This document shows positions 36,748-45,616 of a DNA stretch of 64,000 bases, piece by piece. Within the stretch, counting starts at the first letter, position 1, and each line of letters starts with the position of its first letter. A program made the translations under genes and the position numbers. The notes beneath the pieces were generated by a model, which saw only the letters and a list, made by a program, of their open reading frames with translations, was not told where the DNA came from and searched no databases. Source of the stretch: an uncultured virus (IMG/VR IMGVR_UViG_3300028920_000028) (Duplodnaviria; Heunggongvirae; Uroviricota; Caudoviricetes); the IMG/VR virus record IMGVR_UViG_3300028920_000028. The stretch is one strand, 5' to 3'.

Positions 36748-37179
36748 ATGAGCTCGCAGAACGAACTCGTCATGAACCAGCGATGCTGCTGGGACAGCAG
36801 GAAGCGCAAGCAGGTGGAGGAGGCCAAGCAGTGGTTCGTGGCCTTCAAGCGCAAGGGCGTCGTCATCCAGGACAAGGACGGCAAGCCCGTGCAGTACTTC
36901 AGGCCCCACTACGAGGAATTGGTGGCCATCGCCGGCACCGACGAACTCAAGGGCAAGCGTCTGCTCAAGATCCTGAACGACAGGGGCGACGAGCGCGTCG
37001 TGTGGGACTCCAACAACGGGCGCCAAGCCATGGAGGCCAAAGAGAAGTTCCGCGACTTGGTCGGCAAGGGGTACTCCGCCTACAGCGTCGATGCCCGCGG
37101 CCGGAAGAACCGCCGCATCAAGGAGTTCGACGTAGAGGCCGAGGAGATCCTCATGGTGCCCCCGACCGCCAAGGGCTGA
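36748..37179 (+). CDS. internally duplicated small protein with MoaD/ubiquitin-like C-terminus
   Basis: Two WDS..Q..EAK..F....KG repeats; ends EEILMVPPTAKG (cf. MoaD-type EVA..PPV.GG). Confidence 0.6.
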   Translation: MSSQNELVMNQRCCWDSRKRKQVEEAKQWFVAFKRKGVVIQDKDGKPVQYFRPHYEELVAIAGTDELKGKRLLKILNDRGDERVVWDSNNGRQAMEAKEKFRDLVGKGYSAYSVDARGRKNRRIKEFDVEAEEILMVPPTAKG

Positions 37180-37181
37180 CC

Positions 37182-37472
37182 GTGAGGGTCAAGTACCGGG
37201 GACACGAACTGACCGCCGAGCGGGACACGACGCTGGCCGGGTGGGACGCGGTGTTCATCACCATCGTGCGCCTGTCCGACTTCCACGTCATCGAGGACAC
37301 CCCGTACTACGGCGACGAGACGATACGCGACATCATCAAGTCGATGAAGGTGCGCGTCGACGCGGAACTGAAAGAGGAACAGAAGGGAGACGCAGATGGG
37401 CGGGACAAACGAGAAGAGGATAGTGGGGCTTCGGGCGCACGTCAGCGGGCGCGAGGTGCACCTCCACGATGA
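37182..37472 (+). CDS. hypothetical protein
   Basis: GTG start after stop; GC3-rich. Confidence 0.55.
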   Translation: MRVKYRGHELTAERDTTLAGWDAVFITIVRLSDFHVIEDTPYYGDETIRDIIKSMKVRVDAELKEEQKGDADGRDKREEDSGASGARQRARGAPPR

Positions 37473-37692
37473 CTCGTCGGGGCGAAAGTTCCGGACGAGC
37501 AAGAGGGCCCTGCAGCGGGACTTGGAGGGCTTCCAGAGCGACACGCGCCGCTCCGACGGCGTCAGGCTCGTAGGCGGGGCGAGTGGGTCCGACCCGCTGC
37601 TTCTTGGGAAGGCCGGCTCCAGGACATTCGTGTCCGTGGTAAGCCCGGGATCGGCCGTGGCGGAACTGAAGCGCTGGGTCGACGGCTGTTGA
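37396..37692 (+). CDS. hypothetical protein
   Basis: RBS GGGAG; stop overlaps next start. Confidence 0.55.
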   Translation: MGGTNEKRIVGLRAHVSGREVHLHDDSSGRKFRTSKRALQRDLEGFQSDTRRSDGVRLVGGASGSDPLLLGKAGSRTFVSVVSPGSAVAELKRWVDGC

Positions 37693-38822
37693 CCTCCCAA
37701 GCGGCAGTCGGAAGTCCGGGGAGGGCGCCGGTCGAGCCGGCGGCCCCGGAGGGGCGCCCCATCGAGCGCGTCCAGCGTGAGGCGGGTTCGCCCCTCGACG
37801 CGTTCCTGCACGAACCCAACGCCGTGGAGGAACGCGGCATGCCGTCCGGCCAAGTTGACAGGAACCGCAACCACTACCCGGGCGACAGGGCGGTCAACAT
37901 CTTCACGCTCGGCAACATGGGCGAGGAGGCGACGCGGAGGTTCGTGAGGCTGCGGAGCCGCACGAGGCGCGTCGTCCGGGGTTCCGTCCCGCTGCCCAAG
38001 GAGTGGTACCCGCGCTACAGGGCCAGCGCGAAGTTCACAAGTCCGATTTTGGGCGCCAACGAACTCAAGGCGTTCGCCATCGACGGGGCGTGCAGGCTAA
38101 TGCGGGACGCGCAGCAGACGCAGGGTTCTCCGTGGATGGAACTCCTCCAGGCGACCCGGCGCAGGGAGTGCCCCGACATCCCCGCCCCGTTGCCGATCCC
38201 CATAGACGGGGTGCGGGACGCACGGATGGAGCCGGATATCTACCGGGGCTATCAAGAGTTTCGGTGCGTCATGCACTCCCCCTCCATCCAGGATTTCAAC
38301 GAGCGGCGCGCCGCGTACGTCTCCGAGGTGTCCGTGGGGATCCCGATGCCCATCGGGTACGAAGCCCCCATGCATGCCAGCTTCAGCCTGCTCGTGTTCG
38401 TGGACGACTTCGAAATCGACTTCCAGACGGAACCCTTGATGGCCGCGCGCATCGTCCGCAACGTGCGCAACGTGCGCATCCCCCAGGATCCCAGGAGGTC
38501 TTTCTCTTGGCGACCGTCCTCGGAAACGGAAATGGAGGCCTTGGAGTCGCTGCGCGAGATGATAAGCGAGGAGGAGTTCCGCAGATATTTGAAGCGCGGG
38601 TTCATAAGCGTCAAGGGGGGCAGCGGCAGGGACTACCAGATATTCCGCGACAGGTGGCACGCGAAGGTGCGCGTGAAGGGCAAGGTCGTGGCGGAGATAT
38701 GCTCCCGTATCAGGGACAACCGGGTGCCCATGACGGACAACGTGATAGCGTTCAAGACAATGATCGAGGCGGACGAGGCCGAGTTCGAGAGGGCCGGCAA
38801 CGTCTACCGCATGACTGCGTGA
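37689..38822 (+). CDS. paralogue 1: variable N-terminus + conserved Cys-containing C-domain
   Basis: C-terminal ALESLRE..EEEFRRYL..GF.V..SG..YQ...EIC...P.TD..AFK.MIEADE..F...GN; start uncertain. Confidence 0.8.
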   Translation: MTSQAAVGSPGRAPVEPAAPEGRPIERVQREAGSPLDAFLHEPNAVEERGMPSGQVDRNRNHYPGDRAVNIFTLGNMGEEATRRFVRLRSRTRRVVRGSVPLPKEWYPRYRASAKFTSPILGANELKAFAIDGACRLMRDAQQTQGSPWMELLQATRRRECPDIPAPLPIPIDGVRDARMEPDIYRGYQEFRCVMHSPSIQDFNERRAAYVSEVSVGIPMPIGYEAPMHASFSLLVFVDDFEIDFQTEPLMAARIVRNVRNVRIPQDPRRSFSWRPSSETEMEALESLREMISEEEFRRYLKRGFISVKGGSGRDYQIFRDRWHAKVRVKGKVVAEICSRIRDNRVPMTDNVIAFKTMIEADEAEFERAGNVYRMTA

Positions 38823-38833
38823 GGGAGGCCGAT

Positions 38834-39691
38834 ATGGCTTTGGCGACCATAACCAAGGGCAACGAGTGGAAGGTCCACCTCGATGACCCGACCTCCACGT
38901 TCAAGAAGCCGATCAAAACGGCGACGACCGGCAACACATACGTCCCGACCATGGTCATGGCCACGGGCACGGCCACGGGCACGGAAACCGCGACCTCGAC
39001 GGCTTTCACAGGCACCGGGGATCTGAATGACCTCGAGGGTGTTCTCGCCGAAAGATACCTCTATCAGAGTATGGACAGCAAGACGGTTAAGAGCATCACC
39101 AACGACATCCAGAACTACATCGGCGGCCTGTATCAAGGTGTCCGTTTACGCAATAACGTCTGTTTCGACACGGGTACGGACTGCGCGCTCCGGATCAACA
39201 TCGAAAACAACTCCACCAATGTGAATTGGTACAACATCGGCAACGGCAACGACTACTTCACGTGGAATGCCATGATCGAAGATTTTTACCCGCAAGCAAC
39301 CCCTCTCGGGCGCATTCGGAGGCAGTTGTCGCCAGCGATCCATGTGCGCGGCGCGACGCCGACGGTCGACAGCCCCGAGGAGGCCGTCGCCCAGGAGGCC
39401 CTGCGGGAGGTCGTCACGGAGGCCGAGTTCAGGAAGTACCTCCGCTACGGGTTCGTGCTGGTCGAGGGGAGGAGCGGGGCGACGTACCAAGTGTTCCGCA
39501 ACCGGCACCACGTGAGGGTGTGGGTCGGCGGCAAGCTGGTCGAGGAGATATGCGTGTACCTCAGCTCGGCGTACGGGAGCAAGCCGCCGCCGACCGACAA
39601 GGTGGTCGCCTTCAAGGCCATGATAGAGGCGGACGAGGAGGCCTTCAAGAACATGGGCAACAGATACCGCAACCTGGGGGTGGCGGCATGA
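38834..39691 (+). CDS. paralogue 2
   Basis: Same C-domain; Thr-rich N-terminus; RBS GGAGG. Confidence 0.82.
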   Translation: MALATITKGNEWKVHLDDPTSTFKKPIKTATTGNTYVPTMVMATGTATGTETATSTAFTGTGDLNDLEGVLAERYLYQSMDSKTVKSITNDIQNYIGGLYQGVRLRNNVCFDTGTDCALRINIENNSTNVNWYNIGNGNDYFTWNAMIEDFYPQATPLGRIRRQLSPAIHVRGATPTVDSPEEAVAQEALREVVTEAEFRKYLRYGFVLVEGRSGATYQVFRNRHHVRVWVGGKLVEEICVYLSSAYGSKPPPTDKVVAFKAMIEADEEAFKNMGNRYRNLGVAA

Positions 39692-40485
39692 CGGAAAGGG
39701 ACGTGAAATTCCCCGGCATCGCGGATCGCAACCACCTCGTCCTGGAGGGGTGCCGCGGATGCACGCTGGAACAGACCGGCGAGTGCCTCATAGAGCCGGG
39801 GACAATCTTGTCCACCGAGGACGGAGCGCGGTCCCGGACGGTCAGTGCCCACGACAAGTCCGTGACCATAACGGGTCCGTCCGGCGACACGCTCAAGTTC
39901 CGGGTCATCGAACACGAGGGGTGCACAGCGGCGCAGGATATGGGTGCCCTCCGACGAGCGCACCCTCACCTGAGAGGGGTGCACGCGGTGACGTCCCCGC
40001 GCCCCCTCCGCCTTCCCGGGGCGGAAATGCCGCCGATGTTCACGGTGGACATGGACGCCGTCTTCATGGAGGTGCCGTTCGAGATGATCCTTCCGAACGG
40101 CTACTCCTTCGCGGGGGCGGCGTTCTCCGGTATATACGTCCACGTGAAGAGCCGCGCCGCCCCGGTCGGGCATGTGACCGGGAGCGAGGTCTTCGCGTTG
40201 GAGAGCCTGCGCGAGATGCTCACCGAGCGGGAGTACAGGAAGTACCTCGTGTACGGCTTCATACTCGTCGCCGCCCCGAGCGGGAGGGTGTACCAAGTGC
40301 ACCGCAACCGCCACTACATCTCCGTGCGGGACAACGGCGTCGAGGTGGAGAAGATCTGCGTGTACATACCGGACATGTCGATCCCGCCGACCGACAAGCT
40401 GGTGGCCTTCAAGACGATGATCGAGACGGACGAGGAGAGGTTCAAGGCATTGGGCAACGTCTATAAGATGGGGACTGCGGCGTGA
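39688..40485 (+). CDS. paralogue 3
   Basis: Same C-domain; ATGA overlap. Confidence 0.82.
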   Translation: MTERDVKFPGIADRNHLVLEGCRGCTLEQTGECLIEPGTILSTEDGARSRTVSAHDKSVTITGPSGDTLKFRVIEHEGCTAAQDMGALRRAHPHLRGVHAVTSPRPLRLPGAEMPPMFTVDMDAVFMEVPFEMILPNGYSFAGAAFSGIYVHVKSRAAPVGHVTGSEVFALESLREMLTEREYRKYLVYGFILVAAPSGRVYQVHRNRHYISVRDNGVEVEKICVYIPDMSIPPTDKLVAFKTMIETDEERFKALGNVYKMGTAA

Positions 40486-40871
40486 GCGGGTGCGCGGTGA
40501 TATGGTGCAGCAACAACTGCGCGGGCCAATGCCTCATCGACCCGTGCGACGAAACGGTGTATCACGACGAGATCCGGTGCTGCCCCATGTGCGACGTCTT
40601 CTTGAAGGAGGGGCTCGTCCTGGACATACCGGAGGAGGCCGGCGCGGACATAGGCGACTTCGTGGAGGACTGCGGCCTCGAGTACGCAGTCGACGACCCG
40701 AGGGCGAAGACGCTCGTGTTGAGGAAGATGGGCGACAGTCCGGGCGACTGGGTCGCCATACGCGCCAGGCCAGAGGACGCGGACAGGCTGAGGGTGTTCC
40801 CGCACGTCGACGGGTACTTGGCCTGCGAGCATGTGCTGCCCGGGCAGCAGGAACTGGAATTGGGGGTGTGA
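40482..40871 (+). CDS. Cys-rich hypothetical protein
   Basis: CSNNC...CPMC; GTGA overlap. Confidence 0.65.
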   Translation: MSGCAVIWCSNNCAGQCLIDPCDETVYHDEIRCCPMCDVFLKEGLVLDIPEEAGADIGDFVEDCGLEYAVDDPRAKTLVLRKMGDSPGDWVAIRARPEDADRLRVFPHVDGYLACEHVLPGQQELELGV

Positions 40872-40873
40872 AT

Positions 40874-41608
40874 ATGGAGATGTCTCCCGATTTTTCGATA
40901 GTCGCCGACGGGTTCGCGCAGATTGAGAAAAGGGACGTCCGCGTCGGCAGGGTGGACATTCCGGATGCCGACTTCGCGAGGATGAGGGCCTTCAAGGATT
41001 TTCCCTTCTTGATAGATGACAACAGTCCGTTGTCGGGGGGAGCGCGGGTGAGGTTGGGTTACGGCACCCGCCACACAGGGACCCTTTGGGGGGCCGACCT
41101 GTACACCGGGTCGAAGCGCATGGTGGTCTACCCCGAGGGGTGGCCCGATGTGAAGTGGCAAAACATCAGCGGATCCGTGGTGAAGCCTTGCGTCGTTTCC
41201 GAACTCGGCTTCCACGACCTTGACGGCTTCTGCGGGGTGGGCCTCACGATAGTCGTGAAGTCCCACTGCAAGCCGTTCCGCGCGGAGAGCAGGGCTGAGC
41301 AGGTCGCCTTGGAGACGCTGAGGGAGGCGGTCACGGAGGAGGAGTTCCGGGGCTACCTCCGCACCGGGTTCCTGTGCGTGAGGGGCGCGTCCGGCGACAT
41401 CTACCAGATTCCCAGGGGAATAAACGGCTACGGGCACGTGAAGGTGTGGCGCAACGGCGTCATGGTCGAGGAGGTGTGCTCTGTCATACGCGACAGATCC
41501 GTGCCGCCCACCGACAGGGTGCTGGCCTTCAAGGCCATCATAGAGGCGGACGAACAGGAGTTCCGGTCCATCGGCAACGTGTTCAACATGGCCCATCTGG
41601 CCGCTTGA
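40874..41608 (+). CDS. paralogue 4 (capsid-like N-terminus)
   Basis: Same C-domain; ADGFAQIEKRDVRV...GTLWGA N-terminus. Confidence 0.82.
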   Translation: MEMSPDFSIVADGFAQIEKRDVRVGRVDIPDADFARMRAFKDFPFLIDDNSPLSGGARVRLGYGTRHTGTLWGADLYTGSKRMVVYPEGWPDVKWQNISGSVVKPCVVSELGFHDLDGFCGVGLTIVVKSHCKPFRAESRAEQVALETLREAVTEEEFRGYLRTGFLCVRGASGDIYQIPRGINGYGHVKVWRNGVMVEEVCSVIRDRSVPPTDRVLAFKAIIEADEQEFRSIGNVFNMAHLAA

Positions 41609-41617
41609 GTAGGAAGC

Positions 41618-41848
41618 ATGAGAAACAAAATAGAAAACGGATTTTTGTGGATGGGCGAAGGTGCTGTACGACTGTCGGCTATTACTTCGTTCCATCGTAC
41701 ACTTCCCCCGAGTAACGGGATCGATCAACGGACTGTACATTTCAAGAATTGGCTTGAGGTGAATTCCTGGGGGAAAACATGGATCCTCGATGAGAGTGAA
41801 GGGGTGTCTTTTGAGCAGCTGAGTTCCACTATAAAAGAGCAAACATAA
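41618..41848 (+). CDS. AT-rich small hypothetical protein
   Basis: Composition differs from flanks; RBS AGGA. Confidence 0.6.
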   Translation: MRNKIENGFLWMGEGAVRLSAITSFHRTLPPSNGIDQRTVHFKNWLEVNSWGKTWILDESEGVSFEQLSSTIKEQT

Positions 41849-41907
41849 CTTCAATATTGGCAAGGTGAACCAAAGTACGTCAGTGAGATTGCCACGGAGA
41901 ATGAAGA

Positions 41908-42792
41908 GTGCACGCTGACCACCACTACGAGATAGGTTCCTCCCACACGGCCTGTGAGGACTACGCAGTGAGCGGGACGCAGGGCGGCCTCTCGTACGCC
42001 CTCCTCGCCGACGGCTGCTCCTCCTCCAAGGACAGCGACGTGGGTGCCCGCGTCCTTTGCCACGTCGCCAAGAACGCTATGCTGTACCTCCATCGGCAGG
42101 GCAGGCTCAAAGAAGAGCGCTACGTGTCCGACCTGCTCCCGTCCGTGCTCCGGGAGATGGTGGTCATGAAAGCCATCGAGATCCGCGCCTCCCTCGGCCT
42201 CCCGCACGAGGCGTTCGACGCCACGCTCCTGGCGGCCTTCTGCTGCGAGGGGTTCCGCGGAGACCCTGCATGGGGGTTCATCGGGTTCGGGGACGGCGCG
42301 GCCGTGATCCGCTACCCCGACGGGGGCAGCCGGGTGTTCCGCGCCGAGTACGAGTCCGGGGCGCCGTACTACCTCTCCTACGGCATGTCGAAGGAGAGGG
42401 ACGACGCGTACAGGCGGTCCTATGACCGGTCGAGGATCAGCACGGTGATAGACTTCAACCCGGACGGCAGCAGAAAGCGCCTCAAGACTGCCAAGTGGGA
42501 GCCGTTCACGGACTACACCTTCTTCATGTCCCACGACATCGTCATCGAACCCCCGATCCAGATCGTGCTGTTCAGCGACGGGGTGGACAGCTACGAGCAC
42601 TTCGACGAGGTTGGCGCCCGCACCCACAGGGACTGCATCGACGTAATCGATGAGGCCATGTTGTACAAGAGCGTGTCCGGCGAGTTCGTCAAGCGGCGCA
42701 TGAGGGCCATGGGGAAGTCAATGGCCGCGCGCGGGTACAGGCACTACGACGACGTGTCGTGCGCCGCCGTGCACATCGGGAAAGGGGATTAG
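41908..42792 (+). CDS. PP2C-type protein phosphatase (YegK/TerY-P-like)
   Basis: CEDY, ADGCSSSKDSDVGAR, DATLL, GDG, FSDGV, DDVS. Confidence 0.88.
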   Translation: MHADHHYEIGSSHTACEDYAVSGTQGGLSYALLADGCSSSKDSDVGARVLCHVAKNAMLYLHRQGRLKEERYVSDLLPSVLREMVVMKAIEIRASLGLPHEAFDATLLAAFCCEGFRGDPAWGFIGFGDGAAVIRYPDGGSRVFRAEYESGAPYYLSYGMSKERDDAYRRSYDRSRISTVIDFNPDGSRKRLKTAKWEPFTDYTFFMSHDIVIEPPIQIVLFSDGVDSYEHFDEVGARTHRDCIDVIDEAMLYKSVSGEFVKRRMRAMGKSMAARGYRHYDDVSCAAVHIGKGD

Positions 42793-42793
42793 C

Positions 42794-42961
42794 ATGCCGA
42801 GGACAAAACCGACCGGATCGGCAACCGTTGCGGAGAAGGCGGTCGCGAAGATGATGAAGGCGGCCGCGCCCTTGATCGCCGAGGCCGACCTGCGCCGCGC
42901 CGTGGAAGACTTGATCGGGGAGGGGGGACGATGGCCAATAGGATACCGACGCACTATCTGA
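42794..42961 (+). CDS. small hypothetical protein (55 aa, not in ORF track)
   Basis: MPRTKPTG...; starts right after the phosphatase stop. Confidence 0.45.
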   Translation: MPRTKPTGSATVAEKAVAKMMKAAAPLIAEADLRRAVEDLIGEGGRWPIGYRRTI

Positions 42962-43038
42962 CCCGTGATTACTAATTCACAGGTGACACCCTGTTCCCAA
43001 AGGGGTCGCTCGCCTCGAAGGGACACCATGGGTTCACA

Positions 43039-43284
43039 ATGGTGGATGAGCACGGGAGTCCCCTCTGCGCCTTCACCGGCGAGACCGCCAAGCTTGGAGA
43101 TACGATTGCGGGCTATGACCTGGGCCCCGACATGAAAGGGATGTTCCGCGCCATACCCGGCGTCCTTGACTGCCTCCGGGAGAGGAGCATGCACCTGGGG
43201 CGGGCCGAGAGGTGCAGCGACGTGGCGCGCAACATCGTGTCGGAGTTTGTCCGCAAGAGGAGGGGGCAGCCGTGCCAAGGATAA
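43039..43284 (+). CDS. hypothetical protein
   Basis: ORF in gap; start uncertain. Confidence 0.45.
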   Translation: MVDEHGSPLCAFTGETAKLGDTIAGYDLGPDMKGMFRAIPGVLDCLRERSMHLGRAERCSDVARNIVSEFVRKRRGQPCQG

Positions 43285-43286
43285 CC

Positions 43287-43505
43287 ATGTTCGGCATCGG
43301 CGCGTTTCTGTGCGGCGCTGCCACGGTCGGGTGCGGAGCGGGCGCCCTGTGGCTCTGGGTGACGTTCGGGCTGTTGCTCGACAAGCCCGGGCAGGCCCTC
43401 ATGGTCGGCCTCATGCTCGTGTTCGGCATCTGCGGATGCGCTGGCGTCGCGTGCGTCGTGGACGGCCACGACAGGGACGTGTCAAAGGCGGGGCGCGGCC
43501 AATGA
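43287..43505 (+). CDS. small two-TM membrane protein
   Basis: Hydrophobic; stop overlaps the kinase ATG. Confidence 0.6.
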   Translation: MFGIGAFLCGAATVGCGAGALWLWVTFGLLLDKPGQALMVGLMLVFGICGCAGVACVVDGHDRDVSKAGRGQ

Positions 43506-45208
43506 ACCTCCCGCTCAAGGTTGTCGTCCAGAACAAGGGTCCTGTCACCCTCAACAAGCGCGACTACATCGCCGCCGGCGGGGAGGGCACCGTCTGCCGC
43601 AAGGGCGCCGTCGCCTACAAGGTGTACCACGACCAGAAGAGGACGGTGCCGGCGAGCAAGATACGCGAACTCCAAGTGCTGTCCGCCATACCCAACGTCC
43701 TCGGACCGAGGGAGATCCTGTTCGACGCCAAGGGCAACAAGCCCGTCGGCTTCACGATGCCGTACGTAGAGGACACGGAGTTCCTCTGCCGGCTGTTCAG
43801 CAAGGGCTTCCGATCCGACCACGGACTCGGGCCGGACGAGATGACCAATCTCGTCAAGCGATTGCAGCAAACGCTACAGGCGATACATGGCCACGGGATA
43901 CTCGTCGTCGACCTCAACGAGATGAACTTTCTGGTGGACTCGAAATATTCCGAGGTGCTGTTCATAGACGTGGACTCGTACCAGACACCCAAGCACCGAG
44001 CCACGGCCATCATGGAGAGCGTGCGCGACCGGGCGGCCAAGGCCAACGCGTTCACGGAGGGCACGGACTGGTACAGCTTCGCTGTGGTGGCTTTCCAGAT
44101 GTACACAGGCTACCACCCCTACCGTAAGGGGCGCCATCCGGACTACAAGCCCAACGACTGGTCGGCCCGCATGGACGAGGGCCTCTCTGTGTTCCATCCG
44201 GACGTCTCCATGAGCCCGCCCTGGTCAGACTGGTCCATGATACCCCCCGCCCACTTGGAGTGGCTGAGGGGCGTCCTGGGGCCGTCTGGAGACAGATCCG
44301 AGCCGCCCCTCCCGGACGCCTCCACGCTGATCGCGGTGTCGAGGCCGATGGTGGTCAAGGGCACCGACACGTTCGAGGTGACCCTCGTGGCGGATTACGG
44401 CGATCCGATACTCGGCGTGTGGTTCTTCGGGGGCAGGCCCGTCGCTCTCACCAAGAACGGCGTGTACATAGGCACCAGTCACGTAAGGCATTGGCAGCAC
44501 AATCTTTGGGGTGGCCGCGTGACCCTCCTGCCCGTGGGGGGCACCTACGAGCCGGCGATCGTGTGGCACGAGGGCCGCGAGGTGAGGATGCAGGACATCG
44601 ATGGCGTGAGCGTCCAGACCTTGGGCGCCCAGGCGGCGATGCACCATGACGGGCGCCTCTACACCTCCCTCAACGGGGTGCTTACGGAGACCACCATCAT
44701 ACGCCCCAATTACATGATGGCCCACAAAGCCGTGGGAAAGATCCTGCAGGACTCCTCGCAGCTATTCCCCGGCGTAATGGTGCAGGATGTCCTCGGGACG
44801 TGCTGGCTGTCGATCCCGTACGCCGAGGGCCGCTGCTCGAACACGAGGGTGCCGGAGCTGGACGGGTGCCGCGTCATCGACGCCAAGTACGAGCGCGGCG
44901 TGTTCATGGCGGCCGTGGAGCGCGAGGGCCGGTACGACAGGGTCATCCTGTTCATGAGCGAGGACTGCTCGACGTACAGGGTGCGGCTCGACAGGGACGT
45001 GCCCGAGGCGGCCGTGCACTTCGCCGTGATGTCCAACGGGATATGCGTCCACCAGCCCGCGGACCAGCAGATAGAGGTGTTCAAGGAGCCGGGGAAGGTC
45101 AAGACTGTGGATACCCCGCCGTTCAACACGGGCAACAGGCTGATCAGCGACGGTTCGGGCATCTACTTCCTGGACGGCGGCAGGCTGTACACGGTTTCAC
45201 TGAAATAG
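43502..45208 (+). CDS. Ser/Thr protein kinase (YegI/TerY-P-like) with beta-rich C-terminal domain
   Basis: GGEGTV, AYKVY, VVDLNEMNFL, FIDVDSYQ, TDWYSFA...HPY. Confidence 0.9.
   Translation: MNLPLKVVVQNKGPVTLNKRDYIAAGGEGTVCRKGAVAYKVYHDQKRTVPASKIRELQVLSAIPNVLGPREILFDAKGNKPVGFTMPYVEDTEFLCRLFSKGFRSDHGLGPDEMTNLVKRLQQTLQAIHGHGILVVDLNEMNFLVDSKYSEVLFIDVDSYQTPKHRATAIMESVRDRAAKANAFTEGTDWYSFAVVAFQMYTGYHPYRKGRHPDYKPNDWSARMDEGLSVFHPDVSMSPPWSDWSMIPPAHLEWLRGVLGPSGDRSEPPLPDASTLIAVSRPMVVKGTDTFEVTLVADYGDPILGVWFFGGRPVALTKNGVYIGTSHVRHWQHNLWGGRVTLLPVGGTYEPAIVWHEGREVRMQDIDGVSVQTLGAQAAMHHDGRLYTSLNGVLTETTIIRPNYMMAHKAVGKILQDSSQLFPGVMVQDVLGTCWLSIPYAEGRCSNTRVPELDGCRVIDAKYERGVFMAAVEREGRYDRVILFMSEDCSTYRVRLDRDVPEAAVHFAVMSNGICVHQPADQQIEVFKEPGKVKTVDTPPFNTGNRLISDGSGIYFLDGGRLYTVSLK
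45074..45208 (+). repeat. direct repeat copy 1 (kinase 3' end)
   Basis: Near-identical to 45634-45765 (offset 560). Confidence 0.95.
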
Positions 45209-45217
45209 GAGGACGGC

Positions 45218-45616
45218 ATGAAGGAGCCGAAGACGACGGCCATAGACGAATTCACCACGCGGCTCGTCCCAGGGATGCTCATACGCGACGAAACGGACGG
45301 GGAGGAGTTCCGGGTGCTGTTTGCCCAAAAAGGTAGCAGGGACGGTGTGGTGCACTGTATGGACGAGTACGGTCATGAGTCCCTCGAGGAAGTGTATGAC
45401 GGCAACCACGTCATCGTTCACGAGGGAAGCCCTAAAGTGAGGGTCGCCTACGGTTTGACCCCCCATGGCTCCATCCGCGTTTCCAAAGGATACTATTGGA
45501 ACGAGGACGACTTCAAAAGAAGGCACTCGGTAGCCCATTGGCACTACGTAGAGGCTTTGAAAGGGACGGAAAGGATCATCCCTGACAAAACCGTTGTGAG
45601 GGAGAACGCCCAATGA
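45218..45616 (+). CDS. hypothetical protein between the direct repeats
   Basis: RBS GGAGG. Confidence 0.7.
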   Translation: MKEPKTTAIDEFTTRLVPGMLIRDETDGEEFRVLFAQKGSRDGVVHCMDEYGHESLEEVYDGNHVIVHEGSPKVRVAYGLTPHGSIRVSKGYYWNEDDFKRRHSVAHWHYVEALKGTERIIPDKTVVRENAQ

